This document shows, one piece after another, positions 8,873 to 17,380 of a stretch of 64,000 nt of DNA; position 1 is the first letter of the stretch; the number at the start of each line of letters is the position of its first letter. The stretch comes from Thermoanaerobaculia bacterium. GTDB taxonomy: Bacteria; Acidobacteriota; Thermoanaerobaculia; Multivoradales; Multivoraceae. The position numbers and the translations under genes are program-made. The notes beneath the pieces were generated by a model that saw only the letters and a program-made list of their open reading frames with translations, made no database searches and was not told the origin of the DNA. The stretch spans positions 2,728,476 through 2,792,475 of the forward strand of contig OY762911.1 of assembly GCA_963666565.1 (NCBI GenBank), read 5' to 3'.

Positions 8873-11200
8873 ATGGAGGCGACGGCAATGGCCAGCGGCG
8901 AGACAGGCAACGGAGTACTGGACGAGCAGACGCAAGCGGCGGCGGCGTTCATGGGCGCCGACCGGTTCCAGGGAATCAGGAGGCTTCACACCGCGCGCGA
9001 AGTGGCGGCGCAGCGGGGCTCGATTCCGCAGGACTACACGGTGGCGCGGGACGCCGCGGCGGCCTTCCACGCGCGGCTGAGGGACCTGTTCGACCGGAGG
9101 AAGTCGATCACCACGTTCGGCCCGTACTCGCCGGGCCAGGCGGTGGCGATGAAGCGGCGAGGGATCGAGGGCATCTACCTCGGTGGCTGGGCGACCTCGG
9201 CCAAGGGCTCGATCACCGAGGATCCGGGGCCGGATCTCGCCAGCTACCCCCTGAGCCAGGTGCCGGACGAGGCGGCGCCGATCGTCCGCGCCCTGCTGAC
9301 GGCCGACAAGAACCAGACCTTCAACCGTTCGCGGATGAGCGAGGCGGAGCGGCGGGCGAACCCGGCGACCGACTTCCGCCCGTTCATCGTCGCCGACGCG
9401 GACACCGGCCACGGCGGCGAACAGCATGTGCGCAACCTGATCCGCCGGTTCGTCGAGGTGGGCGTGCCCGGCTACCACATCGAGGACCAGAAGCCCGGGG
9501 TCAAGAAGTGCGGCCACCAGGCGGGCAAGGTCCTGGTGCCGCAGGACGAACAGAACAAGCGGCTGAACTCCGCCCGCTTCCAGTTGGACGTGATGGCGGT
9601 TGCCGGCCTCATCGTCGCCCGCACGGACTCGGAGGCCGCGACCTTCCTCGACGGCAACGGCGACGAGCGCGACCAGGCGTTCATTCTCGGCGCCACGAAC
9701 CTCGATCTGCCGAGCTGCAAGACGGCGACCCTGGCCATCCTGCGGCGGCTGAACGCCCTGGGCGCGGAAGACGTCCGCGGCCACGAGCTGTACGAGATCT
9801 CGGAAGCCGCCTACCGCCGCGCCGACCTCTGGCTGGAGGGCGCCGGCGTCTACGAGCGGCTCGAGTCCGCCTACGGCAAGGCGGCCGCGAACGGCGGCGC
9901 GGCGGTCGAGGCCGCGCTCGACGAGACGATGGCCTCCTTCCTCGACGCCTGGCAGGCGGAGGCCGGGCTCAAGACCTACCCGCAGGCCGTGGCGGAAGTC
10001 ATCGCCTTCCGGGAAGAGGAAGGCGCGGTCTTCGATCTCTCGGTGGAGGAGTGGCTGGAGTTCGCCCACTCCGTGCCGGTCGAGGAAGCGGCGGCCCGTG
10101 CGCGCAAGATGGGCATCAACCTGGTCTGGAACGCCGAGATCGCGCGCACCCCCGAGGGCTACTACCAGATCCGGGGCGGCATCGAGTACGCGATCTCGCG
10201 TTCCCTGCACGCCGCGCCCTACGCCGACCTGATCTGGATGGAGACGGCGACCGCCAACCTGAAGGACGCGCGCCGCTTCGCCGAGGCGATCCACGCCGTG
10301 TTCCCGGACCAGTTGCTGGCCTACAACCTCTCCCCCTCCTTCAACTGGGACACGACCGGCATGTCGGACGAGGAAATGAAGAAGTTCCCGGAGGAACTGG
10401 GCAGGCTCGGCTACGTCTTCAACTTCATTACCTACGGCGGCCACCAGGTCGACGGTCTGGCGGCGGAGGACTTCGCCACCGCCCTGCGCGAGGACGGCAT
10501 GTTGGCGCTGGCCCGGCTGCAGCGGAAGCTGCGTCTGGTGGGGTCGCCCTACCGGACGCCGCAGGCCCTCGTCGGCGGCGCCCGGCTCGACGGCGGGCTC
10601 TCGGCCGCGACCGGCCACACGGCGACGACCAAGGCGATGGGCAAGGGCTCGACCCACGTTCAGCACCTGGCGCAGACCGAGGTGCCGCCGCGGCTGCTCG
10701 AGGAGTGGCTCGACCTGTGGCGCGGCAAGTACGACGTCGACGAGCGCATGCGCGTGGAACTCCGGCCCCACGTCGCCGGTTCCGAGCTCCTGGAGCTCAA
10801 CGTCCTGGCTCGGAACGGACGCGACGAGTCGAAGGCGGCGAACGTCGTCTTCGCGCCCATCCGCGACCGCCGAGAGCGGATGATCCTCTCGGTGCGCGAC
10901 CAGAACACCTTCGACCTCGACCTGAGGAGGCGCCGCCTGATGGCGCTGATCCACGTGTTCCTGATCCACCGCTACGGCGCGGCGTGGGTCCACTACGTCA
11001 GTCCGACGGACGACAACCAGCACCAGACCCGGCGCATGATCGAACTCGGGATCTTCGAGACGGCGAACACCGAGGTCGGCGAGATCATCGTCGCGGCGGT
11101 CAACCGGGAACGGGTCCGCGAACTTGCGGGGCGGGATCGCGAGTCGCTGACGGCGCTGATCGAGAAGACCGAACCGGCGCCGGTGCGGGCCGCCTCGTGA
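8873..11200 (+). CDS. aceA: Isocitrate lyase, long form (about 770 aa, ICL2/AceAb-like).
   Basis: ICL catalytic signature KKCGHQAGK. Mg/substrate loop [12 protein letters not shown]. Length and central insertion typical of long-form ICLs. The alternative start MASGETG at 8888 is possible. Confidence 0.8.
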   Translation: MEATAMASGETGNGVLDEQTQAAAAFMGADRFQGIRRLHTAREVAAQRGSIPQDYTVARDAAAAFHARLRDLFDRRKSITTFGPYSPGQAVAMKRRGIEGIYLGGWATSAKGSITEDPGPDLASYPLSQVPDEAAPIVRALLTADKNQTFNRSRMSEAERRANPATDFRPFIVADADTGHGGEQHVRNLIRRFVEVGVPGYHIEDQKPGVKKCGHQAGKVLVPQDEQNKRLNSARFQLDVMAVAGLIVARTDSEAATFLDGNGDERDQAFILGATNLDLPSCKTATLAILRRLNALGAEDVRGHELYEISEAAYRRADLWLEGAGVYERLESAYGKAAANGGAAVEAALDETMASFLDAWQAEAGLKTYPQAVAEVIAFREEEGAVFDLSVEEWLEFAHSVPVEEAAARARKMGINLVWNAEIARTPEGYYQIRGGIEYAISRSLHAAPYADLIWMETATANLKDARRFAEAIHAVFPDQLLAYNLSPSFNWDTTGMSDEEMKKFPEELGRLGYVFNFITYGGHQVDGLAAEDFATALREDGMLALARLQRKLRLVGSPYRTPQALVGGARLDGGLSAATGHTATTKAMGKGSTHVQHLAQTEVPPRLLEEWLDLWRGKYDVDERMRVELRPHVAGSELLELNVLARNGRDESKAANVVFAPIRDRRERMILSVRDQNTFDLDLRRRRLMALIHVFLIHRYGAAWVHYVSPTDDNQHQTRRMIELGIFETANTEVGEIIVAAVNRERVRELAGRDRESLTALIEKTEPAPVRAAS

Positions 11201-11212
11201 TCCGGGCCGCCC

Positions 11213-11293
11213 GCTGGGTGCGCGGGTCTTCTGACCCGCTGCCGCCGAAGGCGGGCAGGAGCACGCGCCGCGAAGCGGCTCCGCTTGGCGGCC
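11213..11293 (+). repeat. Copy B of the triple-hairpin intergenic repeat.
   Basis: ctgggtgcgcgggtcttctgacccgctgccgccgaaggcgggcaggagcacgcgccgcgaagcggc. Hairpins GCGGGTC-TTCT-GACCCGC, GCCGCC-GAAG-GCGG and GCCGC-GAA-GCGGC. It begins 13 nt after the ICL stop and ends 18 nt before the metalloprotease GTG start. Confidence 0.85.
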
Positions 11294-11310
11294 GGTTCCA
11301 TAGCCGCGTC

Positions 11311-13905
11311 GTGACCGCGATCTGGGCGCTGGCCTCGGTCCTCTCGATTCAGGGTCTTCAGGCGCAGGACGCCGGGGCGGAGGAGCCCCGGTCGATCTCG
11401 GAAGCCACCGGAGGCTTCGAGCATCTGCCCGGCTTTCTCGACCTGTTCTGGGACAGCCGGGGCGGCAGGCTGTTCCTCGAGATCGACTCCTTCGACGACG
11501 ACCTGCTGTACATCGAGTCGCTGTCGGCGGGCCTCGGGTCGAACGACATCGGCCTCGACCGCGGCCAGCTCGGCGGCACCCACCTGGCGCGGTTCGAGCG
11601 GGTCGGGCCGAAGGTCCTGCTGGTGCAGCAGAACACCCGTTATCGCGCGCTGAGCGACAACCCGGACGAGCGGCGCGCGGTCGCCGACGCCTTCGCGCGC
11701 TCGGTCCTCTGGGGCTTCCAGGTGGCGGCCGAGGACGAAGGCGGCGCGGTGCTGGTGGACGCGACGGACTTCGTGCTCCGGGACGCGCACGGCGTCGTGG
11801 CGCGGCTCCGGCAACGGGGGCAGGGGAGCTACCAGTTGGACGCCTCGCGCTCGGCGATTCACCGTCCCGGCGTCGCCGCCTTTCCGCGCAACTCGGAACT
11901 CGAGGGCACGCAGACCTTCACCCTGCGGCCTTCGGAGCGGGGGCCGGGCGCCTGGGTTCGCCAGGTCGCGCCTTCGCCCGAGGCGCTCACGTTGCGCGTC
12001 CGCCACTCCTTCGTCGCCCTGCCCGAACCCGGGTACGAACCCCGGCTCGCCGATCCCCGTGCCGGCTTCAACGTGACCGGTTATCTCGACTACGCGACTC
12101 CCATCGACCAGCCGATCGAGACCGTTTTCATCGACCGGCACCGCCTCGAGAAGCGTGACCCGAACGCGGAGCGAAGCGAACCGGTCGAACCGATCGTCTA
12201 CTACCTGGACCGGGGCGCGCCGGAGCCCATCCGTTCGGCGCTGCTCGACGGCGCCCGCTGGTGGAACGAGGCGTTCGAGGCCGCGGGCTACATCGACGCG
12301 TTCCGGGTCGAGCTGCTGCCGGAGGGGGCCGACCTGCTCGACGTGCGCTACAACGTGATCCAGTGGGTGCATCGGTCGACCCGCGGATGGTCCTACGGCG
12401 GCGGGGTCACCGACCCGCGCACCGGCGAGATCCTGAAGGGCCACGTGACGCTCGGTTCCCTGCGGGTGCGGCAGGACTTCCTGATCGCCCAGGGCCTCCT
12501 GTCGCCCTACGAGGACGCGGACTCGTCCACCGAGGCGCTCACCGAGATGGCGCTTGCCCGGCTGCGCCAGCTTTCGGCCCATGAAGTCGGCCACACGATC
12601 GGCCTGATGCACAACTTCGCCTCCAGCGTCGATGGACCGGACGGCCGCGAGTCGGTCATGGACTATCCGCATCCGCTGGCCAGGTTGCGCGAGGACGGCA
12701 TGATCGACCTGAGCGCGGCCTACGACGTGGGCATAGGCGAATGGGACAAGCGGGCGGTCCTCTACGGCTACGCCGACTTCCCCGACGGCGCCGACGAGGC
12801 GGCGGAACTCGACGCCATTCTGCGCGGGACGATCGACGCCGGGCTCCACTTCATCGCCGACGAGGATGCGCGGCCGGTGGGCGGTGCCCATCCGCTGGCC
12901 CACCTCTGGGACAACGGCCGTTCGGCGGCGGAAGAACTGCGGCGCATCCTGTCCGTGCGGCGCGCGGCGCTCGACCGGTTCTCCGAGCGCAGCGTCCGGG
13001 TCGGCGATCCGCTGTCCGCGCTGGAGGACGTCCTGACCCCGCTCTACCTGCTGCATCGCTACCAGATCGAGGCGGCGGCCAAGGCGGTCGGCGGGATCGA
13101 CTACAGCTACGCCGTCCGCGGCGACGGCCAGGCGCCGGTGTCGCTGCTGCCGCCGGCGATGCAGTTCGACGCGCTGGACGCGCTGCTCCGGACGGTCGAT
13201 CCGGCCGAACTCACGCTGCCCCCGGAGATCGTCGACCTGATCCCGCCGCCGTCTCCGGGTCGCGGCCGCGGGCGGGAGCAGCTTCCGTCGCGCGCCGGCC
13301 CGGCGTTCGACCCGGTGGCCGCGGCCGAGATGGCGGCCGACCTGACCTTCGGCATGATCTTCGACGGCGCGCGCGCCGCCCGGCTGGTCGATCACCGTTC
13401 CCGGGCGGGGGCGCAGCCGGGTCTCCGCGCCGTGATCGACCGGGTGCTGGCCGCTACCTGGCGCGCCGATCCGCATTCGGGCCTTGCCGGAGAAGTCGGT
13501 CGGGCCGTCGACTTCGCGGCCCTGCGGCGGCTGATGCTTCTGGCGGCCGGCGGGCGGGTCGGCGGCGGCGCGTCGGCCGCCGTTCCGACGAACTTCGACT
13601 GGCCGACCGTGCCCGAGCGGAACGGTTCGTTCCAGGCGCGGGCCGAGGCCCGGGCCGATCTGGCGGCCCTGGAGGGTTGGCTGGAAGCGAATCCGGCCGC
13701 CGACGACCCGGCGGAGGAGGCGCACCGCGGCTATGCCCGCTGGCTGATCGGGCGTTTTCTCGAGGATCCGGGCTCGGTGGAACTGCCGGCCCCGCTGCGC
13801 GCGCCCGACGGTTCGCCGATCGGCTGCAGCGTCGGCCCGGGCGGTCTGGCGTTCGCTTCGTGGAGCGCCGGGCCCGGGTGGTCTTCGGGGTCGGCGCCGC
13901 CGTGA
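11311..13905 (+). CDS. Secreted zinc-dependent metalloprotease (DUF4953 / DUF5117-type met-zincin family).
   Basis: HEVGHTIGLMHNF zincin motif plus a downstream SVMDYP. About 865 aa from a GTG at 11311, with a hydrophobic N-terminus (VTAIWALASVLSIQGLQAQ). This is the real C-terminal 2.6 kb of the 1465-aa track ORF. Start is uncertain. Confidence 0.7.
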   Translation: MTAIWALASVLSIQGLQAQDAGAEEPRSISEATGGFEHLPGFLDLFWDSRGGRLFLEIDSFDDDLLYIESLSAGLGSNDIGLDRGQLGGTHLARFERVGPKVLLVQQNTRYRALSDNPDERRAVADAFARSVLWGFQVAAEDEGGAVLVDATDFVLRDAHGVVARLRQRGQGSYQLDASRSAIHRPGVAAFPRNSELEGTQTFTLRPSERGPGAWVRQVAPSPEALTLRVRHSFVALPEPGYEPRLADPRAGFNVTGYLDYATPIDQPIETVFIDRHRLEKRDPNAERSEPVEPIVYYLDRGAPEPIRSALLDGARWWNEAFEAAGYIDAFRVELLPEGADLLDVRYNVIQWVHRSTRGWSYGGGVTDPRTGEILKGHVTLGSLRVRQDFLIAQGLLSPYEDADSSTEALTEMALARLRQLSAHEVGHTIGLMHNFASSVDGPDGRESVMDYPHPLARLREDGMIDLSAAYDVGIGEWDKRAVLYGYADFPDGADEAAELDAILRGTIDAGLHFIADEDARPVGGAHPLAHLWDNGRSAAEELRRILSVRRAALDRFSERSVRVGDPLSALEDVLTPLYLLHRYQIEAAAKAVGGIDYSYAVRGDGQAPVSLLPPAMQFDALDALLRTVDPAELTLPPEIVDLIPPPSPGRGRGREQLPSRAGPAFDPVAAAEMAADLTFGMIFDGARAARLVDHRSRAGAQPGLRAVIDRVLAATWRADPHSGLAGEVGRAVDFAALRRLMLLAAGGRVGGGASAAVPTNFDWPTVPERNGSFQARAEARADLAALEGWLEANPAADDPAEEAHRGYARWLIGRFLEDPGSVELPAPLRAPDGSPIGCSVGPGGLAFASWSAGPGWSSGSAPP

Positions 13906-15128
13906 CCGGCGCCGAAGCCGCATCGCTCCGGCTTCCGGCCGCGGTTGCCGGCATCTACAGCGCCGGCGAGGTCGCCGAACTCGTCGACTTGCGGCGGACG
14001 CTTCATGCCGACCCCGAACTCTCGCTCCAGGAAGAACGCACGGCGGCCCGGCTCGAGCGGACACTCGACGAACTCGGCATCGACGACGTCGTCCGGGTGG
14101 CCGGCACCGGCGTCGTCGGACGCATCCCCGGCCGCGATCGCGGCGCGCCGCCCGTCGCGGTGCGCGGCGACATCGACGCGCTGCCGATCCAGGAAGACAC
14201 CGGCCTGCCGTTCGCCTCGCGCAACGCAGGCGTCATGCACGCCTGCGGCCACGACGTACACGCCTCGTGGACGGTCGCTGCCGCCCGCCTGCTCCAGGCC
14301 GAGCCGGCGGCGGGCGACGTTCTGCTCGTGCTGCAGCCGGCGGAGGAGACCGGCGAGGGCGCCGCGGCGGTCCTCGCGACCGGCGTCCTGGACGAGGCGG
14401 CGGCGATTTTCGGCGCCCATGTCGACCTGACGTTCGAGGTCGGGCAGGCGATGATCCAGCCCGGCGCCGTGGGCGCCGCCGCCGACCGCTTCGAGATCGA
14501 GCTCCGCGGCAAGGGCGCGCACGGTGCGAGGCCGCACCAGGGACTCGATCCGATCATCGGCGCCGCCCAGGTCGTTTCCGCTCTGCAGACGGTGGTCTCC
14601 CGGCGGGTGCCGCCCGACCAACCGGCGGTGGTCACCGTCGGCGCCGTCGAGGCGGGCACAGCGCACAACGTGATTCCCGACCGTGCCGTGCTCAAGGGCA
14701 CCATGCGATCGCTGGCCCCGGCGGTCCGGAAGCTCCTGGCGGACGAAGTGCGGCACGTCGCCGAATCGGTCGCCGCGGCCTGCCGGCTCGAGGCCCAGGT
14801 GCGGATGCTCCAGGGCACGCCGGCCGTGCTGAACGACGAACGCGCCGCCGGCTGGGCTCGCGACGCCGCGGCTTCGGTGATCGGCGCCGAGGCGGTCAAG
14901 CCGCTGCCGGCCGCGAACATGGGCGGCGAGGACTTCGCCTTCTACCTGGAGCGGATCCCCGGATGCTTCATCCGGGTCGGCGCCCGGCGCCCTGGCGACC
15001 CCGTCGTCGGCGCCCACACGCCGTACTTCGCGCCGGCGGAGGAGGCGATCTTCGTCGGCGGGGCGTTGCTCGCCGCGGCGGCGCGGCAGGCGTCGCGGGA
15101 GCTGGCGGAGCAGGCGGCCGTCTCCTGA
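13902..15128 (+). CDS. M20-family amidohydrolase (N-acyl-L-amino acid amidohydrolase / hippurate hydrolase-like).
   Basis: Motifs MHACGHD, LQPAEE..G. and ELRGKGAHGARP are typical of the M20D peptidase/amidohydrolase family. The GTG start overlaps the metalloprotease stop (GTGA at 13902-13905). Confidence 0.7.
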   Translation: MTGAEAASLRLPAAVAGIYSAGEVAELVDLRRTLHADPELSLQEERTAARLERTLDELGIDDVVRVAGTGVVGRIPGRDRGAPPVAVRGDIDALPIQEDTGLPFASRNAGVMHACGHDVHASWTVAAARLLQAEPAAGDVLLVLQPAEETGEGAAAVLATGVLDEAAAIFGAHVDLTFEVGQAMIQPGAVGAAADRFEIELRGKGAHGARPHQGLDPIIGAAQVVSALQTVVSRRVPPDQPAVVTVGAVEAGTAHNVIPDRAVLKGTMRSLAPAVRKLLADEVRHVAESVAAACRLEAQVRMLQGTPAVLNDERAAGWARDAAASVIGAEAVKPLPAANMGGEDFAFYLERIPGCFIRVGARRPGDPVVGAHTPYFAPAEEAIFVGGALLAAAARQASRELAEQAAVS

Positions 15129-15524
15129 TCGCCGGTCCTCGCCCGTTCCATGCCGGAACCGAGGCCGCGGAAGGGGCGGAGCGACCGGTTCGGTCCACTG
15201 GGGAGGTAGTCAGTCGACGTCACGCGAGGAGGAGCGCGCCGCTCCGCCCCCGACCCGGTTTACGCACCGGCACCGGACAGGGTTTCGGCACCGGAGCCGA
15301 CCAGCCCAGTCGGGTAAGGAGGGGTCGGCGCCCAGGTGCCTCTGAACGAGCGACGGCCGACGCCTTCCCGGAAGCCGACCCCGAACCGGAGCGAGTGAAG
15401 CGTAGCAAGCGCAACCCTGCCCATCTCCTCTGGAGCGCGCGCGTCACCTGGGTGCCGACCCCTCCTGACCCAAGACGGGCGGGTGCGTCCGACGCCGCTT
15501 CGCCGCGTCTTGCGGTGCCGCCTC

Positions 15525-16388
15525 CTAACCGCCCGTCGCGTGGCGGTCCGGGTGGCGCATCGCGGTGATGTTGAACCCGGCGTCGACGAAGTGGATGCCG
15601 CCGGTGGTTCCGGCGCTCAGATCGGACAGCAGGTAGGCGGCGGTCGCGCCGACGTCGTCCACCGTGATGTTGCGGCCGAGCGGGGCCCGCTCCGGCATGA
15701 CCTTCAGCATGCCGCGCATTCCCGAGACGCCGGATGCGGCGAGCGTCCTCACCGGGCCGGCGGAGATGCCGTGAACGCGGATGTTCTTCGGACCCAGGTC
15801 GACCGCGAGGTAGCGGATCGAGGCCTCGAGCGCCGCCTTGGCGATGCCCATCACGTTGTAGTTGGGGGTCGCCTTGGTGGCGCCGTAGTAGGTCATCGCG
15901 ATGATGCTTCCGCCCTCCGTCATCAGCGGCTCGGCGGCGCGGGCGAGCCCGATCAGCGAGTAGCAACTGATGTCGAGCGCGGTGGCGAAGCCGGCGCGCG
16001 ACGTGTCGACCGTGCGGCCGAGCAGGTCCTCCCGGTTGGCGAAGGCCACGGAGTGGACGAGGAAGTCGAGGCGGCCCCAGCGCTCGGCGAGGGTGTCGAA
16101 CACGGCGTCGATCCGAGCGTCGTCCGTGACGTCGAGCGGCTCGACGATGGCGGAGCCGATGCTCGCGGCCAGCGGCCGCACGCGACGTTCGAGGGCGTCG
16201 CCCTGATACGTGAACGCGAGTTCGGCGCCTTCCTCGTGGGCGCGCCGGGCGATGCCCCAGGCCAGGGAGCGCTTGTTCGCGACGCCGACGATCAGACCGC
16301 GGCGCCCGGCCAGCAGTCCCCGGGAGGCGGCGCCGGCCGGGGACGGTTCCGACGCGGACTTCCGGGGCGATGAATCGGGCGCGGTCAC
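15525..16388 (-). CDS. fabI: Enoyl-[acyl-carrier-protein] reductase (NADH), FabI.
   Basis: Strong co-linearity with E. coli FabI ([66 protein letters not shown]). The annotated ATG may give an N-terminal extension of about 20 aa. Confidence 0.8.
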   Translation of the reverse strand: MTAPDSSPRKSASEPSPAGAASRGLLAGRRGLIVGVANKRSLAWGIARRAHEEGAELAFTYQGDALERRVRPLAASIGSAIVEPLDVTDDARIDAVFDTLAERWGRLDFLVHSVAFANREDLLGRTVDTSRAGFATALDISCYSLIGLARAAEPLMTEGGSIIAMTYYGATKATPNYNVMGIAKAALEASIRYLAVDLGPKNIRVHGISAGPVRTLAASGVSGMRGMLKVMPERAPLGRNITVDDVGATAAYLLSDLSAGTTGGIHFVDAGFNITAMRHPDRHATGG

Positions 16389-16487
16389 GAGCGCCGGGAT
16401 TGTACATGCGGGATCGCTGACGGCCCGCGCACCGGCACACTTGCCTGCCGGTCGGAGGGCGGTCGGGCCTTAGACTGACCCCGGCTC

Positions 16488-17369
16488 ATGGTCTCGTTGC
16501 TCGGCATCGCCCTGGTGGTCGGCGCGACGCTCTGTTTCGCGCTGCTCAACCTGTTGCGCAAGCTGCTCGCAGGGCGGCTGAACGCGGCTCTTCTGGTCGC
16601 GGTTCTGGCCCTGGGGGCCGTGCCGCTGTACGGCGTGTGGGCGCTGGTCCAGCCGCCCGGGGAAGTGAGCGCGGCGTATCTTTGGCCCGGTCTGGCGTCC
16701 GTCGCCTGCAACCTGGTCGCCAACTACGGCTTTCTGCGTTCGGTGCGGGTCGCCGGACTCGGCGCCGTAATCCCCCTGCTGTCGTTGACGCCGGTGTTCA
16801 CCGCGCTGCTGGCGATCCCGCTGCTCGGCGAGCTTCCCGAACCGCGCGAGTGGTTGGGGATCGCGGTGGTCGTGTGCGCGGCCCTCTCCCTGCAGATCGA
16901 CCGGGGCGGCGGCGACCAGGCCCGGCCCTGGCAACTGGGAGCGGGCGCCTGGTGGATGATCCTGGTCGCCCTGCTGTGGGCCACGGCGCTGCCACTCGAC
17001 AAGCTGGCCACGGAGGCGTCCAACGTGCCGTTCCACGGCCTGGTCCTTCACCTCGGCGTCGGCCTCTCCGGCGCGATCGTCGCGTCCCGGAGCCTTCGGG
17101 GCGCGCTCTGGCGGCGTCGCGCGGCCGGCGCCGGCCGCGGAACCTGGGTCCTGCTGCTTTCGGCGGTCGCGGTGGGCGCGGCGGCCCAGGCGTTCCAGTT
17201 GCTCTCGTTGCAACACGTATGGGTGGGTTTCGTGGAGACCGTGAAGCAGGGTCTCGGAGCGTCGCTGGCCCTGGTCCTGGGCCGCCTGTTCTTCGCCGAG
17301 CCGCTGACGCTGCGAAAGGCGGTGACGGTGGCCCTGATCGGGGTCGGCGTCGCGGTGATGCTCTGGTAG
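16488..17369 (+). CDS. EamA/DMT-superfamily transporter.
   Basis: 293 aa. 10 predicted TM helices in two EamA-like halves. Confidence 0.65.
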   Translation: MVSLLGIALVVGATLCFALLNLLRKLLAGRLNAALLVAVLALGAVPLYGVWALVQPPGEVSAAYLWPGLASVACNLVANYGFLRSVRVAGLGAVIPLLSLTPVFTALLAIPLLGELPEPREWLGIAVVVCAALSLQIDRGGGDQARPWQLGAGAWWMILVALLWATALPLDKLATEASNVPFHGLVLHLGVGLSGAIVASRSLRGALWRRRAAGAGRGTWVLLLSAVAVGAAAQAFQLLSLQHVWVGFVETVKQGLGASLALVLGRLFFAEPLTLRKAVTVALIGVGVAVMLW

Positions 17370-17380
17370 GTTGACCTGCA

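Noticed and set aside
7046-11023. 1325-aa ORF on the minus strand.
   Set aside because: Only the last 566 codons (from the ATG at 8746) encode a recognisable TPP enzyme. The upstream 760 codons are Arg/Ala/Gly-rich with no motifs and lie antisense to the well-supported isocitrate lyase gene, so this is a high-GC open-frame artefact.
9508-11310. 5' part of the 1465-aa + ORF overlapping isocitrate lyase in another frame.
   Set aside because: It has the same strand as, and a different frame from, a strongly supported ICL, and its composition is junk-like. The real gene (metalloprotease) starts after the ICL stop.
12741-13901. 5' part of the 795-aa + ORF.
   Set aside because: It lies in an alternative frame inside the metalloprotease gene. 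Only the portion from the GTG at 13902 encodes the M20 amidohydrolase.
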